Origin: Psammoneis japonica
Lineage: Eukaryota
Length of the DNA: 64,000 nt
Direction of reading: 5' to 3'
Assembly (NCBI GenBank): GCA_008632985.1
Contig: QPGO01000222.1
Location: 1-64,000 of the forward strand
A model generated the notes under the pieces. That model searched no databases. It was not told the DNA's origin and worked only from the letters and a program-made list of their open reading frames with translations. Positions 24,578-37,800 of the stretch are shown one piece after another. Positions within the stretch are counted from its first letter, which is position 1. The number at the start of each line of letters is the position of its first letter. Made by a program: the position numbers and the translations under genes.

Positions 24578-25249
24578 TAGGGCCTAGTTATTTGAATAGG
24601 AGGATGGGGACGTGAAACACAATTTTTACGGTAATAAAAAGAACATAGCCGTAAACAGCGAGGAGCGAGGCATCGTTGTGTATTATTATTATTTGTGTTC
24701 GATGCGCTCGCTCTGCAGATACTTTTACGTAGGTTCCAAGTAGAAGTGATACCGGCATATCTCTCCCCAGCGTTTGAATTTTCTGACATAGTCTGACATG
24801 TCTGACAGAATCTGACATTTTTGCTTGTCAGACCTCGCACAAAATACACGCAAAAATTCGTTTGAAACGCTGTGAAACGCTGTGAAACGCCGTGAAACAT
24901 TTGGTTGAGAATTATGTTCGCTGAGGAGTTTCTTTTGAGTTTTGTAGTCTACCTGCTACCTGCACCAGTGCGCTATTTTTGCTCGAAGCATCACAACACA
25001 CACATTCAACAGGAGGTCGAACCAAACGACAAGCACCAAGCACAGTAAGGTTACAAGGCTGAAAGGAAAGCCAGGAACAGAGGGTACCAAAAGAAGTCTC
25101 GGGAAAAGAAGAAGGAAGCGGCAGCAGCGGCAGCAACGGCAGAAGCAGCAGCAGCAGCAGCAGCAGCAGCGAGGCGGAGCAAGCAAGACGCAACCAACGA
25201 ACGAGTTCGGAAGCACCGACTAGCCAAACAGGAAGCTCAAGCCACCAAA

Positions 25250-26617
25250 ATGAACCAACAACACCAAACGCCTCGCCGTGCTTCGACGAGTCATCCGAGG
25301 TCGGCGAACACGACGACGACGACTCCGCACGCGCGACCTCCGTTGGTAAACAGAACGCCACAATCTCTCAATCGCCGCGAAGCAACGCCTCTCCCGTCGA
25401 CTGTCGGAGTGCAAACTCCGGCGGGCGGTTGCCCACAATCACTCAGTGGAAACCAACAGTTTCGATTGGCGTTGTATGACAGAGCGATTGCCAGGCAGAA
25501 CCAGTGCGAGGAGACCGTGAAGGAGACCGTGATGGAGACCGTGGCGGGGAGCCTTACAGAAGCAGGTAGCATGAGTCGTGAAATCGTTGCTCACCTCTTG
25601 CAACAAAGCGGCATTGCCGAACCGTAAGTGGTCTCGCATTCTACACATTCTTCTCGCTCTTCGCTAATTCCTTTTTACCTCGAGTGTGTCGCACTGATCA
25701 ATGTCTTTGTCTTTCTCTTATATTATTTATATAGCAATGACGCGGAATCGCCCCCTAGCCGCACCTTATTTCACAACTTTGGCGACGAGCGCAATTACGA
25801 TCAAGCGGGGGAGATACAAAACAGTGGTTTTGATCAGTGAGTCTTCTTGACATTATATATGCTACAAATTCTGTTTACTTTCAGAGAATTTCTCACCCAC
25901 GATTTTTATTTTTTGCTGTTTCTAGACATCCGACGTCGGATTCCCACAACGTAAGGGACAGTCTTATGCAAGAGTAAGTTGTCTAGCATTCTAAAGATTC
26001 TGCGTTACCTCGTGCGTTTTACTCAATGAAGCTCTTTGATTTTCTACTATTTCTAGATATCCTACGAGTACGTCGGACGCCCTCTACGACGGAGACAATG
26101 GAAGCAACAAGCCGGCGGCTACAACCCCTTCTGCCTCTGGAGGAGCACATTCGAGACGTATTGAACAGTAAGTTGTCTAGCATTTTACAGATTATGTGTT
26201 GCCTCATGCTTCTTTTACTCACTGGAGCTCTTTTGTTTTTACCATTTATAGACATCCGAAGTCGGATGCCGTCCATGACGGAGACACTGGATGCAGTTAC
26301 TATGACAAGCCGGCGGCTACAGCCCCTTCTGCGTCTGGAGGAGCAGGTTCGAGACGTATCGAACAGTAGGTTTTCTCTAGTGTTTCAAAGATTCTGTGTT
26401 GCCTCATGCGTTTTACTCACTGGAGCTTTTTACCATTTCTAGATATCCGACGTCGAATGCCCTCCTTCTCAAGGAACTGCATCAGATGCGCATCAACGGT
26501 GTCAGCGACGAGGATTGGAATTATGCTCAAGACATGGATTCTGAATACCCAGGAGCAATCGTTGTACGCAATATTGCCGAACAAGCCCCCTTTCTCATCG
26601 AAGCTAGCTTGATCTAG
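25250..26617 (+). CDS. Putative multi-exon hypothetical gene built partly from tandemly duplicated exon-intron units
   Basis: Donor GT at 25624, 25837, 25974, 26168 and 26366. Acceptor AG at ~25734, 25925, 26056, 26251 and 26442. Exons repeat the peptide (H/Y)PxSDA..DGD..KPAAT.PSASGGA.SRRIEQ. Confidence 0.5.
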
Positions 26618-26787
26618 AGAGAGCCGAGTCACGGAGAAACGAGAAGAAGAATAGTCTTCGGTCTCAAGTCATCCAATGGCGTCACACGTGACAACCCAAA
26701 CACTCGCGGGTTCTGGTTACCGACGCGAGTTTTTGCTCCTCCGAAACGTCAAAGAAAATAACTTTAAAAAATAATGATTTCCACGTT

Positions 26788-28113
26788 CTAATGATCGTGC
26801 TTGCCATCGACATTCACCTTGGTGACTCGGATCAACTCCTCCGCAACTGGCGCTCGAATGCCGCCATCAATCAACATGGCGCAGAGCAGCTTGGAGGTGG
26901 CTGCGAACGATTCAAGGGTCATGCCCAACACTGCCATATCGTCCAATGCCTGAATTTTTGTATCCATAAGAGAGCAACATAGCTCTTGGCTCCGTAACAA
27001 ATCTCGAACGACAAAGATATCACTATTTGATGCTTCAGCCATGGATGGTGGTACGGATGGCGGCGTTTCGTCCCCACTGCTAACCTTACTTGTTGTCATG
27101 TTGGGTGTGGCCTGTAAGTCTCCATTCTCACTCAAAGCGGGATCATCCACTGAAAACATTACATCGGTTCGCAAGATGTACTTTGTCCCAAACTTGAGTG
27201 GTATGCTTGCGTGGTACAAATCGTGTTCAAAGACAACCACCCGACCAGTTTGAGGAGTAACCATTGTGCAGCAACAAGAGTGATTGTTCCTTGATTTACA
27301 CTTGCCACCAACGCATGCTGATGACGATGAAGTACTCGAAACGTGATGGTTCAAGTATTGGGTTTCGCCACCATCAAAATCGACGCCGTTTCCATCATTC
27401 AGGTAAAGCAACACCGTCAAGAGGGACTGCGTCTTGTCGGGTAGAAATAATGTAGTTGCATCAAAATGTGGCTCAAATCGATCGTCCTTGTCCGCATCAT
27501 ACTTGAGTACCCGTAACTTTGGATTCAGACCGCAAGGCTTCTTTCCAAATCGTTTCGTCAGTACAGCATCCAGATGCTCAAGATTCTTGAGTTTCTGCCA
27601 CAGCAAATTGAGCATGGATGGGTTGTAAAAGACTGCCAATTGATGGGGATTCGGATTCTGAATCTTTACAGTATACTTGGACCCATCCATGGCTGTATGA
27701 GTAGCCTCCGTCACGTACTGAAAACCGGCTTTCGATGCCAACGTCATTAGTTCTCTGCATGTTTCCGCTGACACAAAACGACTCACAGAAAAAGCAATCG
27801 AGTCACTAGGGTCCTTCAAATATCTCGAGCATCTTGCTGGAAGCCGTATACGATCCCAACCATGTACTGTTTCTCCTTCTTTGTGTTCTTCCGTTTGATC
27901 TTGAGTAGAAGTCAGCGGACACGTTAAATTCAGCAGCTTCATCAAGGCGTCATTGGTGTTCACCGACGTGGCACTGCTGATTGTACTTGACGATTCCTCG
28001 CCAGTCAACGATGACCTATCCTTTAAATTCTCTCTATCTCCATCGACCACTCTTATATTTTCAACCACAACGCAATCTCTTCTTGCGCTTTCGAGACGGT
28101 TCTCCACCACCAT
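26788..28113 (-). CDS. 2OG-Fe(II) oxygenase, prolyl 4-hydroxylase-like
   Basis: GLNPKLRVLKY, F.PHFD (HxD), LTVLLYLND, FDGGET, G.VVVFEHDLYH and KYILRTDVMF. Likely ATG at 28113. Confidence 0.85.
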   Translation of the reverse strand: MVVENRLESARRDCVVVENIRVVDGDRENLKDRSSLTGEESSSTISSATSVNTNDALMKLLNLTCPLTSTQDQTEEHKEGETVHGWDRIRLPARCSRYLKDPSDSIAFSVSRFVSAETCRELMTLASKAGFQYVTEATHTAMDGSKYTVKIQNPNPHQLAVFYNPSMLNLLWQKLKNLEHLDAVLTKRFGKKPCGLNPKLRVLKYDADKDDRFEPHFDATTLFLPDKTQSLLTVLLYLNDGNGVDFDGGETQYLNHHVSSTSSSSACVGGKCKSRNNHSCCCTMVTPQTGRVVVFEHDLYHASIPLKFGTKYILRTDVMFSVDDPALSENGDLQATPNMTTSKVSSGDETPPSVPPSMAEASNSDIFVVRDLLRSQELCCSLMDTKIQALDDMAVLGMTLESFAATSKLLCAMLIDGGIRAPVAEELIRVTKVNVDGKHDH

Positions 28114-28632
28114 GGTTGATCTCCAGAATAAATTGTGTGAAGAAATGAGTGGAAGCAGAAAGCAGAAACGAGCGAGCGAATGAAATACTACTCCGAGTAT
28201 AATACCGGTAATAGGCGAGGCGGGTGGACGGACCGTGAAAGCACGCGAACCTATGAATGGCACGCATTGCAATGGCACCCCTGCGATTGCGAGTGCGAAC
28301 GTGGTCCTCTTCTTCCCGTCCACTCTAGCTCTAGAGTAGCAGCCAGCAGTAGAGACTTTTCAGAAGTTCTACTGGCTTCAGCACATTCATTAACGAATCT
28401 GATTCACGATGATTCACAGGGATGTGAAGAGGAATCACCACACAATTTGCATCTTTGGAGCATCTTGTTCTTGTCCCCTGCCGCACCTGTCCTCCTCTGT
28501 GCTGCTGTGTTGTGCAACCTCAAGAGAGGTGCCAGCACCCTTCGTCTTCCATGTGATTTGAAGCTAGAACTGAGGCAGAGGGTCGAGTACCTTTGCATAA
28601 AAAAAAAAATAAAGATAAGACGACCTAAAGGG

Positions 28633-30447
28633 TTAGCACCTGTTGCTAAAGCATAATCGAACGCCTCCTGAAGGAAGTACTGTAAAGCCTGCTTGCATAT
28701 CCTTGAGGAGAAGCCGCGGATCACTATTCTCCGTTGCTCGAGGATCACTCCATTGGTATTGATGAATCATCCTTGACAGCATAATCCTCAAAATGACGTG
28801 AGCCATGGGTTGTCCCACGCAGTTCCGAGGACCAGCTGCAAAAGGCATGTAGGATGCTGTACAAGTCGTCTCGCTCTTCTTGTTTTCTTCGCTAGTAGTA
28901 CTTTGCAGCCATCGTTCGGGAACAAAATCATTTGGTCGGTCCCATATGGATTCGTTCCTATGCAAGGCATAAATCCAAATGCAAGCCAAGGCACCACTTG
29001 GCAAGACTACTTTTCCGGACGTTGCACCGTCACCATCATTGGATACAGTCACATCATGAGGCAGCTTCCGAACAACAAATGGTGCTACGGGATAGAGCCG
29101 CATCGACTCTTTAACGACAGTATCCAAATATGGCATCCTGGCAATGTGCTTTTTGGTAATGTACACATCGCCATTGTCGGTTTCCGACACAACGGATCTA
29201 ATTTCTGCTGCCAATTTCTCTTGAACCAATGGGTACAAGCTCAACAAGTGCAACGTCCATGAGAGAGTTGCTGCACTCGTGTCTTGGCCAGCAAACAAGA
29301 GTGTAATGGCCTCGTCCAAAACGTCAGTATCATTCTTGGAATGACTCGATCGCTTCTTGAGTCGAGCCAGCGGGGAAGTGGGTTTGGCGTGTTGAATTGC
29401 CATTTTGGCAAAGACACGAATCGAAACCATGGTTTCTTCCTCTTGTCGGTACATGGTGGAGAACATTTTGTAAAACCATCGGGGCAACAAGAACCATAAG
29501 GAACGTGACTGCGCCAAGACAATCATTCGGATGTTGGTAACCGCATCCAGATAGGATTGTAGCAAGGAAGGAAAGGATGTGGCGGTAGACGTGCCGTCTT
29601 CTGTTCGTGTTGATGAAAAAGAGTCTCTCTTGGGAGATTGCGCCGCCTCATGAGTGCAACTGCTGCTAGAACGTGACGCATCTTCTGATGATGGGTCAGT
29701 ATCATTCTGATAGATTCGTGTGTCCATGTCGTCGTCATGGGTAATGTACCTGTACACTAGACCCACTGTAGCTCTCTGCAAGATCGGAACAATGTTATCC
29801 ACTACTTGCAATGCACAAGTATCAGTCTGGGTGTGCCTGGATACATCCTGCAAGAAACCATCTGCGGCATGGTTTGTCTCCTTTTCCAAGTCCCGGTCAT
29901 GATTTCGAAGCAAGACATGAAGTAGAGATGTACGTTTTGCTTTCCATTCAGTTCCGTCTGAGGTGAAGACACCGTTTCCACTAAAATTTTTAAAATGGTC
30001 GTATGCGGGTGCCTTGATCGCTCCGTTGAATGCAGCAAGCTTATTGTTTGCGTCCTCCTTTGCGTTGCTCGTTCCAGCCAATACTTGTCGAGCGGGGATA
30101 GGGTGTGCCACGTGAACAACCGCAGTGGATACTCCATAGACAGTCCCGTACATCCCATAAGGACCTTCTAGTCGTTTCATTCGGGGCAGAATACCCGTGA
30201 TGGAAGAGGATGCCAACTTTTGATGATCGTTGAGCGAGAAAGATACGAACTTGGGTCTCCAGAATACCGTCGGCAGTCCTGAGCTGAGCAACAAGTGCTG
30301 AGTTTTTCGTCGCTTCCACATTACATAGAGAACAAGGGTACCTATAAATGCAATCGTAGTGGGAATTAGAGTCACCCATGGGTTGTTGATTCTGCTGCTG
30401 CCCATCATCATGCCCATGACAAATTGATGCGGCGACGTAGTTCTCAT
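28633..30447 (-). CDS. Cytochrome P450
   Basis: N-terminal TM anchor, I-helix AGQDTS, ESMR (ExxR), PERW and heme motif FAAGPRNCVG. Confidence 0.95.
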   Translation of the reverse strand: MRTTSPHQFVMGMMMGSSRINNPWVTLIPTTIAFIGTLVLYVMWKRRKTQHLLLSSGLPTVFWRPKFVSFSLNDHQKLASSSITGILPRMKRLEGPYGMYGTVYGVSTAVVHVAHPIPARQVLAGTSNAKEDANNKLAAFNGAIKAPAYDHFKNFSGNGVFTSDGTEWKAKRTSLLHVLLRNHDRDLEKETNHAADGFLQDVSRHTQTDTCALQVVDNIVPILQRATVGLVYRYITHDDDMDTRIYQNDTDPSSEDASRSSSSCTHEAAQSPKRDSFSSTRTEDGTSTATSFPSLLQSYLDAVTNIRMIVLAQSRSLWFLLPRWFYKMFSTMYRQEEETMVSIRVFAKMAIQHAKPTSPLARLKKRSSHSKNDTDVLDEAITLLFAGQDTSAATLSWTLHLLSLYPLVQEKLAAEIRSVVSETDNGDVYITKKHIARMPYLDTVVKESMRLYPVAPFVVRKLPHDVTVSNDGDGATSGKVVLPSGALACIWIYALHRNESIWDRPNDFVPERWLQSTTSEENKKSETTCTASYMPFAAGPRNCVGQPMAHVILRIMLSRMIHQYQWSDPRATENSDPRLLLKDMQAGFTVLPSGGVRLCFSNRC

Positions 30448-31039
30448 TTTGTGTATCTTTGAATGTGATTTCAGAACGGTCCCCAACTTTTTTCTTTTCT
30501 CATGTCATTCGAATATGCAAGGGTATTGCTTGTATGCTCTGCTTCTTTCGTGGCCAATCTCGTGTTTTACTCGCCGTCTACTAGCACTCCATTTCGCCTA
30601 TCGTCATGCCCATTTTGATGAATCCGACGATGTCAATCCATCAAATCGGGCGGATGACGTGCGCGAAGCAACGCTAAAGCGAACCCCAAGTTCTGTGATT
30701 CCAGATTCCTATAATCCATTCATTCGCCTGTGATCCATTCAATTGCTCATCGTAGCCGCTACGTAAAAATCATACCAGAACTTCTTCCCGCACCACGGAG
30801 TGGAAGATTCAATGATCTGATTGGTCAGGACGCAAGAATTCTTTCTTGTAGAATCCTACAGGCGATTGCTACTGGGAATAGCCGCCAATGAAAGATCTGC
30901 ATTGGCGCTAGTAGGTGGATCTTTCTTCCATCGCATCTGCTTTCTCGTTCTTGCTGGCTTTGTCGTCGTCGTTGTTTTCAAAAGAGTCTTTTTCATTCTC
31001 GTTACTTCTTGTACGTACACGACGAGACTTGGAGCAACC

Positions 31040-32795
31040 ATGGCGCCCAAAGGAGAGACGCAACCTCTCGTCAAGAGGACAGAAGAGGAGGAAGAGCACT
31101 TTCAGAGGCTCAAGAGTTACCAGCCGTAAGTTGCGATCTTGTGATGCTGCCTAAACCCGTTTGTCCTACTCGTATGCCTGGCTAGCTGTACATGTATTCT
31201 ATCTGTGTGCTGACCTTTGTGCGTGGTTCTTTTCTTGTTTTCTAGATGGGCCTTTTTTGTGACCTTTGGTGGTTACTTCATGTCGCACTTTTCGCGCAAG
31301 TGCTACTCGACTGTTAAGCAGCAGCTCCAATCTGAAGCCGGCTACACGTCGGTTACCTTGAGTGCTATGGATACCACCTTTATGGGTACTTATGCGATTG
31401 GTAACATTGTGAGCGGTAAACTCGGTGATACCTTTTCGCCCAGCGTCGTGCTTGCCATTGGTTTGTTTGGGTCTGGAGCTTGTCTCTTCTTGATCAATGT
31501 CTCGCTTTGGTTTGATTTCGTGGGATTCTCGGCGGCTCTTGGAAACTTTTTTATTCTTGCAGTCTACTTTCTCTTTGGATTCTTTCAGTCGACGGGAGGA
31601 CCTGTAAGTATCGATGCAACGTGAACAAAATACTGTTTGTTTTCTTGATCGACCAACTCATATTCATGTATACCCACTCTTCTTCTCTCTTCAACTCAGG
31701 TCGGTACTGCCGTCATGGGAAACTGGTTTGTTGACGAAAGCTCCGTCAAGAACCGCGGTTTGATCTTTGGTTGCTGGACTTGTCACCAGTACTGCGGTGA
31801 TATTACGGCTGCTCTCTGCACGGCTTGGGTTCTAGGTATTGGCTTGCCCTACTGGTGGGCTTTGCTTATTCCTTCCCTTACGAATCTCGGTTGGGGTTTC
31901 ATCACCATTCGTCTCATTGCCGACCCATACGACATTGGTATCATTACTCCTGAAGTAAGGATTCGTCAAGCCAAGCTGGAGGAGAAGCGTGCTCAGTTGG
32001 CCGCCGGGGAAACCTTGGATGATACGGGACCCGCCCCGATTACCTATGTTGCTGCCTTGCAGATTCCCATGGTTGCCCAGTACGCATTCGCGTTTGGATT
32101 CTTCAAACTCGTCAACTACGTCTTGTTCTTTTGGCTCCCGTACTTTCTGGGCAAAAACTTTGATCCCGTCACGGCCAACTTGATTGCCGCACTCTACTCT
32201 GTGGGAATGATGCCCGGTGGAATCATTGTCGGGGTCGTGTCGGATTTGTTTGGTGGTCGCCGTGCTGTCGTTATCGGTACCTTCATGTCGGCACTCATTG
32301 TCTTTTTGGCCGTTTTTGCTAAATTCTCCGAAGAGCTTTCCGCCTTTGTCCTCCTGCCCATGTTGGCAACCATGGGAATCCTTGTCGGAGGGTAAGTTGT
32401 ATCTACCGTATTGGTTTTTGCTCATGTCGTTTTTGTTCATTGCGCCAAGTCTCAAATCTCACTCATCCATTGCTCATGTCAATATTATAATATGTAGACC
32501 AAACAACATTATCACTTCAGCTGTTGCAGCCGATTTGGCGTCTCACCCGTCGGTCCGTGGAAACAACAAGTCTTTGGGTACCGTGACTGGATTGATCAAT
32601 GGCTGTGGATCCATTACGGCGTCGATTGGGCTCTTGGCCGTGGGTCCTCTCCAAGAGGCCTTTGGTTGGGGATCGGTGTGGTTCTTTTTGATTGGATGTA
32701 CAGCTACAGGCACCCTACTAATGGCTACCAAGATTTACTCGGAACTCTTTCCGCCTGTCATTGATGAGAACGGAACGAATGGCATTAGCGTCTAA
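31040..32795 (+). CDS. MFS sugar-phosphate/glycerol-3-phosphate exchanger (SLC37/GlpT family), 4 exons
   Basis: Exons approximately 31040-31125, 31246-31603, 31700-32391 and 32498-32795 with GT-AG introns. Motifs HFSRK.YS.VK, MGNWF..RGLIFG.W, FFKLVNYVLFFWLP and TVTGLING.GS. Confidence 0.92.
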
Positions 32796-32829
32796 GCCGG
32801 AGGAGAGAGAAACGATTTGTTAAAAGGCG

Positions 32830-33430
32830 GATATAGTTTTGTTTGAGATTATAAGAGTGGCGTGTGGTTCAAAAGTATCCAGTATTTGGTGCGGATTTTG
32901 TTGTGGTTTGGACGTATACCGACCTGGTGTGTATAGATAATGCGAGGAGATCTAGTGTTTACCCGTGTTATATCGTTCATACGCCTAGCTAGTATACATA
33001 CTGGAAAGCTTTGAAACACTTTGGACATCCTTTTAGGGCTGTTATCTAGCTTCGAGAGTCCTCTGGCGCAAGCGGTCTAGTATCCCGTATCCCGTTTCTT
33101 TGGTCGTTGCTTTATCGCCTTGAAGTTCAACTTTTTCGACTTTTCCTTTTTGTTCTCTTTGGAAACTGGAGGGTCAGAACGCTTGTTCCGTGGTTCCTTT
33201 GCCTCTTCGGCTTCCTTTAGGTAATCGCGTTTCTTCTTTCCGCTCTTGTCCTTCTAATATAATTGTTTTTGATTGTAGGGGTTGCGTGTGGTTCACAAGT
33301 CTCCAGTATTTGGTGCGGATTTTGTTGTGACCTGTTTTGTAAAATAGATAATGCGATTCTTTATATTATCTACCGTAGTGTGTACCCGTGTAGCTATATC
33401 GTTCATACACCTACAATAGCTAGTATGCAT
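32830..33430. repeat. Degenerate duplicate of the NOP2 3' end and downstream region (matches 53480-53960)
   Basis: Shared strings GAAAGCTTTGAAAC.CTTTGGAC, ACTGGAGGG.CAGAACGCTTGTTCC and GTTGCGTGTGGTTCACAAGTCTCCAGT. Confidence 0.8.
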
Positions 33431-34238
33431 TATTGGAAGCTCTTTCTTGATTTAGCTGGCAATTTTTTTGTGGAGCACTGTGTTCACGCTGTTGGTGGCG
33501 CATCACGGCGGCGCCAGTTGCTGCGGAACCCTTTGCGGCGGCTTTCGCATCAGTGCCAGCCCAAAAGGAAAAAGATAAAGGGTCCACTCAAGTGGCAAGA
33601 GGAATTGCTAAACAACGTGTGGGAGAGCGGTGGAAAACCGCAGCTACACAAGTTTGTGTCGTTGTTGATCATGTCTGTAGTTTGTGCACCGGATCTTCGA
33701 AAAACCTTGATGGACCGAGCTCGGCATGATGCGAATCAGTTTAGATGATAGGCTTGTTGTCCCGTGTTCTAACCTGCTGGAATCGTGCTGAATTCATAAT
33801 GGATCTCATTTTTTCTATTCTTTTTTACTGTGACTCTTTATCGCAGGGAAACGCTCTGGTTATGCCGACCCAACCTGGTAGTCCAGGCTCTACAGATGCC
33901 CTGTTGCCGATTCATGCTCGTCTCGACCCCAAGAAAGAGATACACAAGGACTGGTGCGCACTTGCTTCTTCCTGTAGAAATCGTTTCTTCTCCTCGCGAA
34001 GCCGGTCGTACACTCCTCAGACAGCTTTTCACTGTGTAGAGGCCAGATTGACGTCAAGGCAACCTTGAACCTGACCGGCATGTCTCGAAGCACCAACTGA
34101 AATGCAGCCTTTTAGTTCTGCGCGTGTCTCGTTGGCTCCTTCCCTTGCCAAGCGCCCGTACGGACCCGACTGCAAGTGCGACAATTACGAGGTAAGTTCA
34201 GTCCTTCTCATTCGCGCCTTTGACTTGTCGGTAATCAT

Positions 34239-34780
34239 ATGGCTTGGTCCTCAAAGTTCTATATGGATGTCCTTTCCGATTTCGTCTCGAAGTATCTTGA
34301 TGTCCTATGTGCTTCTGGAATAATCTGGAAGCGTTCTGATTTCAAGAGAGCATCAGTAGCGAAGAAGCACCATTTGGAGCTTCCTAAGCAATGCCACTTT
34401 GTCAGCTCATACTTTTTGCCAAAACTTGTACAGGATGGGCGCGTCAAGAACGGCAACGTTCGTTGTCAACTGAAGAAATTACCGGGCAAGCAGGGGGTGT
34501 TCGAATACGACCGCATGTTGGTGCCGATCAGCAAGAGCAATGTCCACTGGGCTCTGTTGGTTGTCGATTTCGAAGCTCACGCAATCGCAGGGTATGATTC
34601 ATGCGGAAATCCATGCAAGTCGTACGTCAAGAAGCTGTTGGAGTTCCTCGAGCAGGAACATCGTTTCCAATACAACAACGAGAGCCTTCCGTCCGACTGG
34701 TCTATTGTCGAGAGTCGTCACATCCCCAGGCTAAGGTTACCTTAACACGGATTTGATTGCGATGTGTTCGTCGCATGATG
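34239..34780 (+). pseudogene. Ulp1/C48 SUMO-protease catalytic-domain fragment
   Basis: SYF.PKL, LVPI..SNVHWALLVVD and YDSCG. The catalytic Q..NG.DCGVF segment is degenerate (stop, then HGFDCDVFV). Confidence 0.75.
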
Positions 34781-34866
34781 TATGTATGCCTGCTATTCTG
34801 TCCTCAGGACAAGATTCTGGGTCCATGCAGTCACGAATAACGGTATACTGTATTTCATTGCTTAAA

Positions 34867-37800
34867 TGTAGTTTTTGGCGATCGGACATTTTGGCAACAG
34901 TTGTCTAGTATGATATTCTCGTATGTTTCTACGATGAACCCGATGTCACAAAAAATCAAACCCACTCGTTTTCAAACAAGGTCTCTTCACGCAAAAACCA
35001 CACAATCTCACGATGCTTTCAATCACATCCACAATGTCCAAACAAACAATGAGATACAACCTTTCTTCCCGCACCGTTCCAATGGAGAGCATGGGGCGTG
35101 CTTGCATGAGCGTCGGCGACAAACGCAGCAGGCTGTTGACCGAAGACGAGGTTTCCCGCGACATGAAGCTTTCGACAAGCGGACGTCCTTCGAAACGTCT
35201 CCAATGGCAGTCATCGGTTCAGTTGAGCGTCATTCCAAGCAAACACGATACCTCCGATGTGCACTTGCTAGACGAATTGACAAGCATTGATGCATCCTCA
35301 ACAACATCCGAGCATGAATCACGACAAGGCATTTCGAAACCATCTCGTCTGGAAGTTCAGCCGGAGCTTTCAGACTGGTCACCGACACACTTGGGTTCAG
35401 ACGAGTCGTCATCGCTGCTCCGATGTTACAATGAGCACTCTCAGCACAATCACTTTGCAAGCATTGTGCAACAGATTGCCAGCCAGTCTTCAAGCGAATG
35501 CCTGTTCATCGATCCGAGTTCTGGTCACAAGAGGATGTTGCGGCACACATACAGTACGGAACTTGGTTCACGCAAACGTCGTCGGACTTCCTACAAGCAA
35601 GATGATGAGGTTGTTCTTGTTGGTTCCAGTCACGAGGAGACTTGTGACAACGGAAACAATCATCTGGCATTCGGCTGGGGTCGCCCAAAGCCTTGCTCAT
35701 GTGTGAACCACACTTGCTTTCCTCGCACGCGTCGAGACCTCCACCCAAAGACTATCCGTGCCCCGAGGAAACGCCGCATGGATGAGCACTCCAAGCCTGA
35801 CCATTCATTGTACGTCATGGAGAAGCTGTCTGTTCAAGAATCATCGAATGAATGTTTCACAGACACCTTCTCCGGCGACAAAAGGAAGTGTCAGCGCAGA
35901 GCATTGGGTTCTCGGAAACGACGCATTATCACACGTGATCAAGATGATGTATGCGGTGGCATTGCCGGTAGACTCAGCACTAGTCCTGAGGAGAGAAGTC
36001 AGAGTGTAAGTCATTTTGTCGTTTGCATTATCACTCCTTTTCATTGACAATTGACTAAAACCCATTTCTACTTCTAATTTACTCTCTACAATCACAGCTT
36101 GCACCTGATGCATCGAGTCAACACGAGACATCTTCCATTGCGTCCATTGCGGCAAAGAATCCTCTCGATGCGATTCTTTTTGATGATGATCACGTCCAAG
36201 ACGTGACGGTTCCTGCAGTGGCGAGTGCGGTGCAAGATGACCCTTCCGATTTCGATGCGTTTGGTCCAGATCATCACAATGACTTGCACGAAGTGTTGAT
36301 TGGTGAACAACAATTGGAAGGGTCTCACTTACCTGCTTCGGATAAGGATGGTCCCTTCCACAATGTGGCATCAGCAATGGCGGTGCCTTCGGCGTGCGAG
36401 GTTCCGTCTGACGATGAGGCTTCCGTTCCAAATCAACACAATGGCGTGCCTGAAGCCTTGGGAGACGATCGAGAAGAAGAAGGGCGTGTCGAAGTGCGGG
36501 AATCCCTCATTGCGGATCACCGTGCTTCTGACAGCGACGATCCTGTCCACGAGACGGCGTCAGCAGTGGCAGCACCTTCGCCACAAGAGATCCCTTCCGA
36601 CGAAGGCAATGAGCGCATTCCAGACCAGCACGTTGGTGGAGACGGGTTGATGGTGGAGACGGAACAGGCAGAAGGTCAACACGTTCAAGCACCCACATCC
36701 CTCATTGCGGATTCCGTCATTCCAAGGCGGTCTGCTCGGCTTAGAGAAGCTTTGGGAAGCGTGCATGTCCTCTCTGCTGATGGGAGAACTGTTCGAAGGT
36801 CCGCTAGAATCTTGAACCGGCGATGTGGCACCGTGGGGTAGTTCGAGTGCTTGAGGGAACGAAGAAATACATGGGAAGAGAGAAAAGTGGTAATTGGAGA
36901 TAGAGAGAAAGGAGCGGGAGTTAGAGAAAGGGAGTGGAGCATTTAGAAAAGAGAGAAAAGGAATCAGGGAAATGGCGAGGCGGGACGAAGACTGGGTTCG
37001 GAAAGGACTGTAGGCAGCGACACTCACACTTGCTTTTGTTTGCTTTGCCAGTTCCAAAGGGAAGAATTGAGTCTGGCGGCGGGTTTTCTGACCACATGCT
37101 GGATCCGTGTGTATGAATCATCATGGTGCAGTTGCTTTTGTGATCGTGTCGATCGGCAAGTCTCGGGTGAGCAGCGACATTCTATCGAGTACAGAATCTT
37201 CGTGGCGCCTGCAGTTCGGCACACATTACACACAACACGTACCTTTACATTCAACATTACGGATTCAGCTTTGTGGGGGATTGAAAACTCAATGCCCGAT
37301 TCGATGATTCCTTTTTGGGCCTGAACAAGCACCATTGGCCGTGGACAGTGTGGTGCTTGCACCGTGGACGGATTCAGCCTTGGTTTTGCGTGAAGCACTT
37401 GATAACTTTGAATAACTCTACTAGTCGGGAAGTTTTCTGCTGTGGTTTCAAGCAGTCTGTGAAGGTGTTAGGACATTGGGCACATGGCGAGTTTTGAAGC
37501 TAATTGTTTTTCAAATACACGATGAAAGCTCGTACCTTTATACTCATTCTGTAGGGTTTGTTTATTCAGCGTGTAGTCCAACAAGCATCAACTTTGTCCA
37601 ACAGTTCTCGCCTTTTGTAGTTTATGTNNNNNNNNNNNNNNNNNNNNNNNNNNNNNNNNNNNNNNNNNNNNNNNNNNNNNNNNNNNNNNNNNNNNNNNNN
37701 NNNNNNNNNNNNNNNNNNNNNNNNNNNNNNNNNNNNNNNNNNNNNNNNNNNNNNNNNNNNNNNNNNNNNNNNNNNNNNNNNNNNNNNNNNNNNNNNNNNN

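Noticed and set aside
25921..26460. Repeat-spacer pattern resembling a CRISPR array
   Set aside because: Eukaryotic context, ~190-bp degenerate units with splice signals, homologous 'spacers' and no cas genes.
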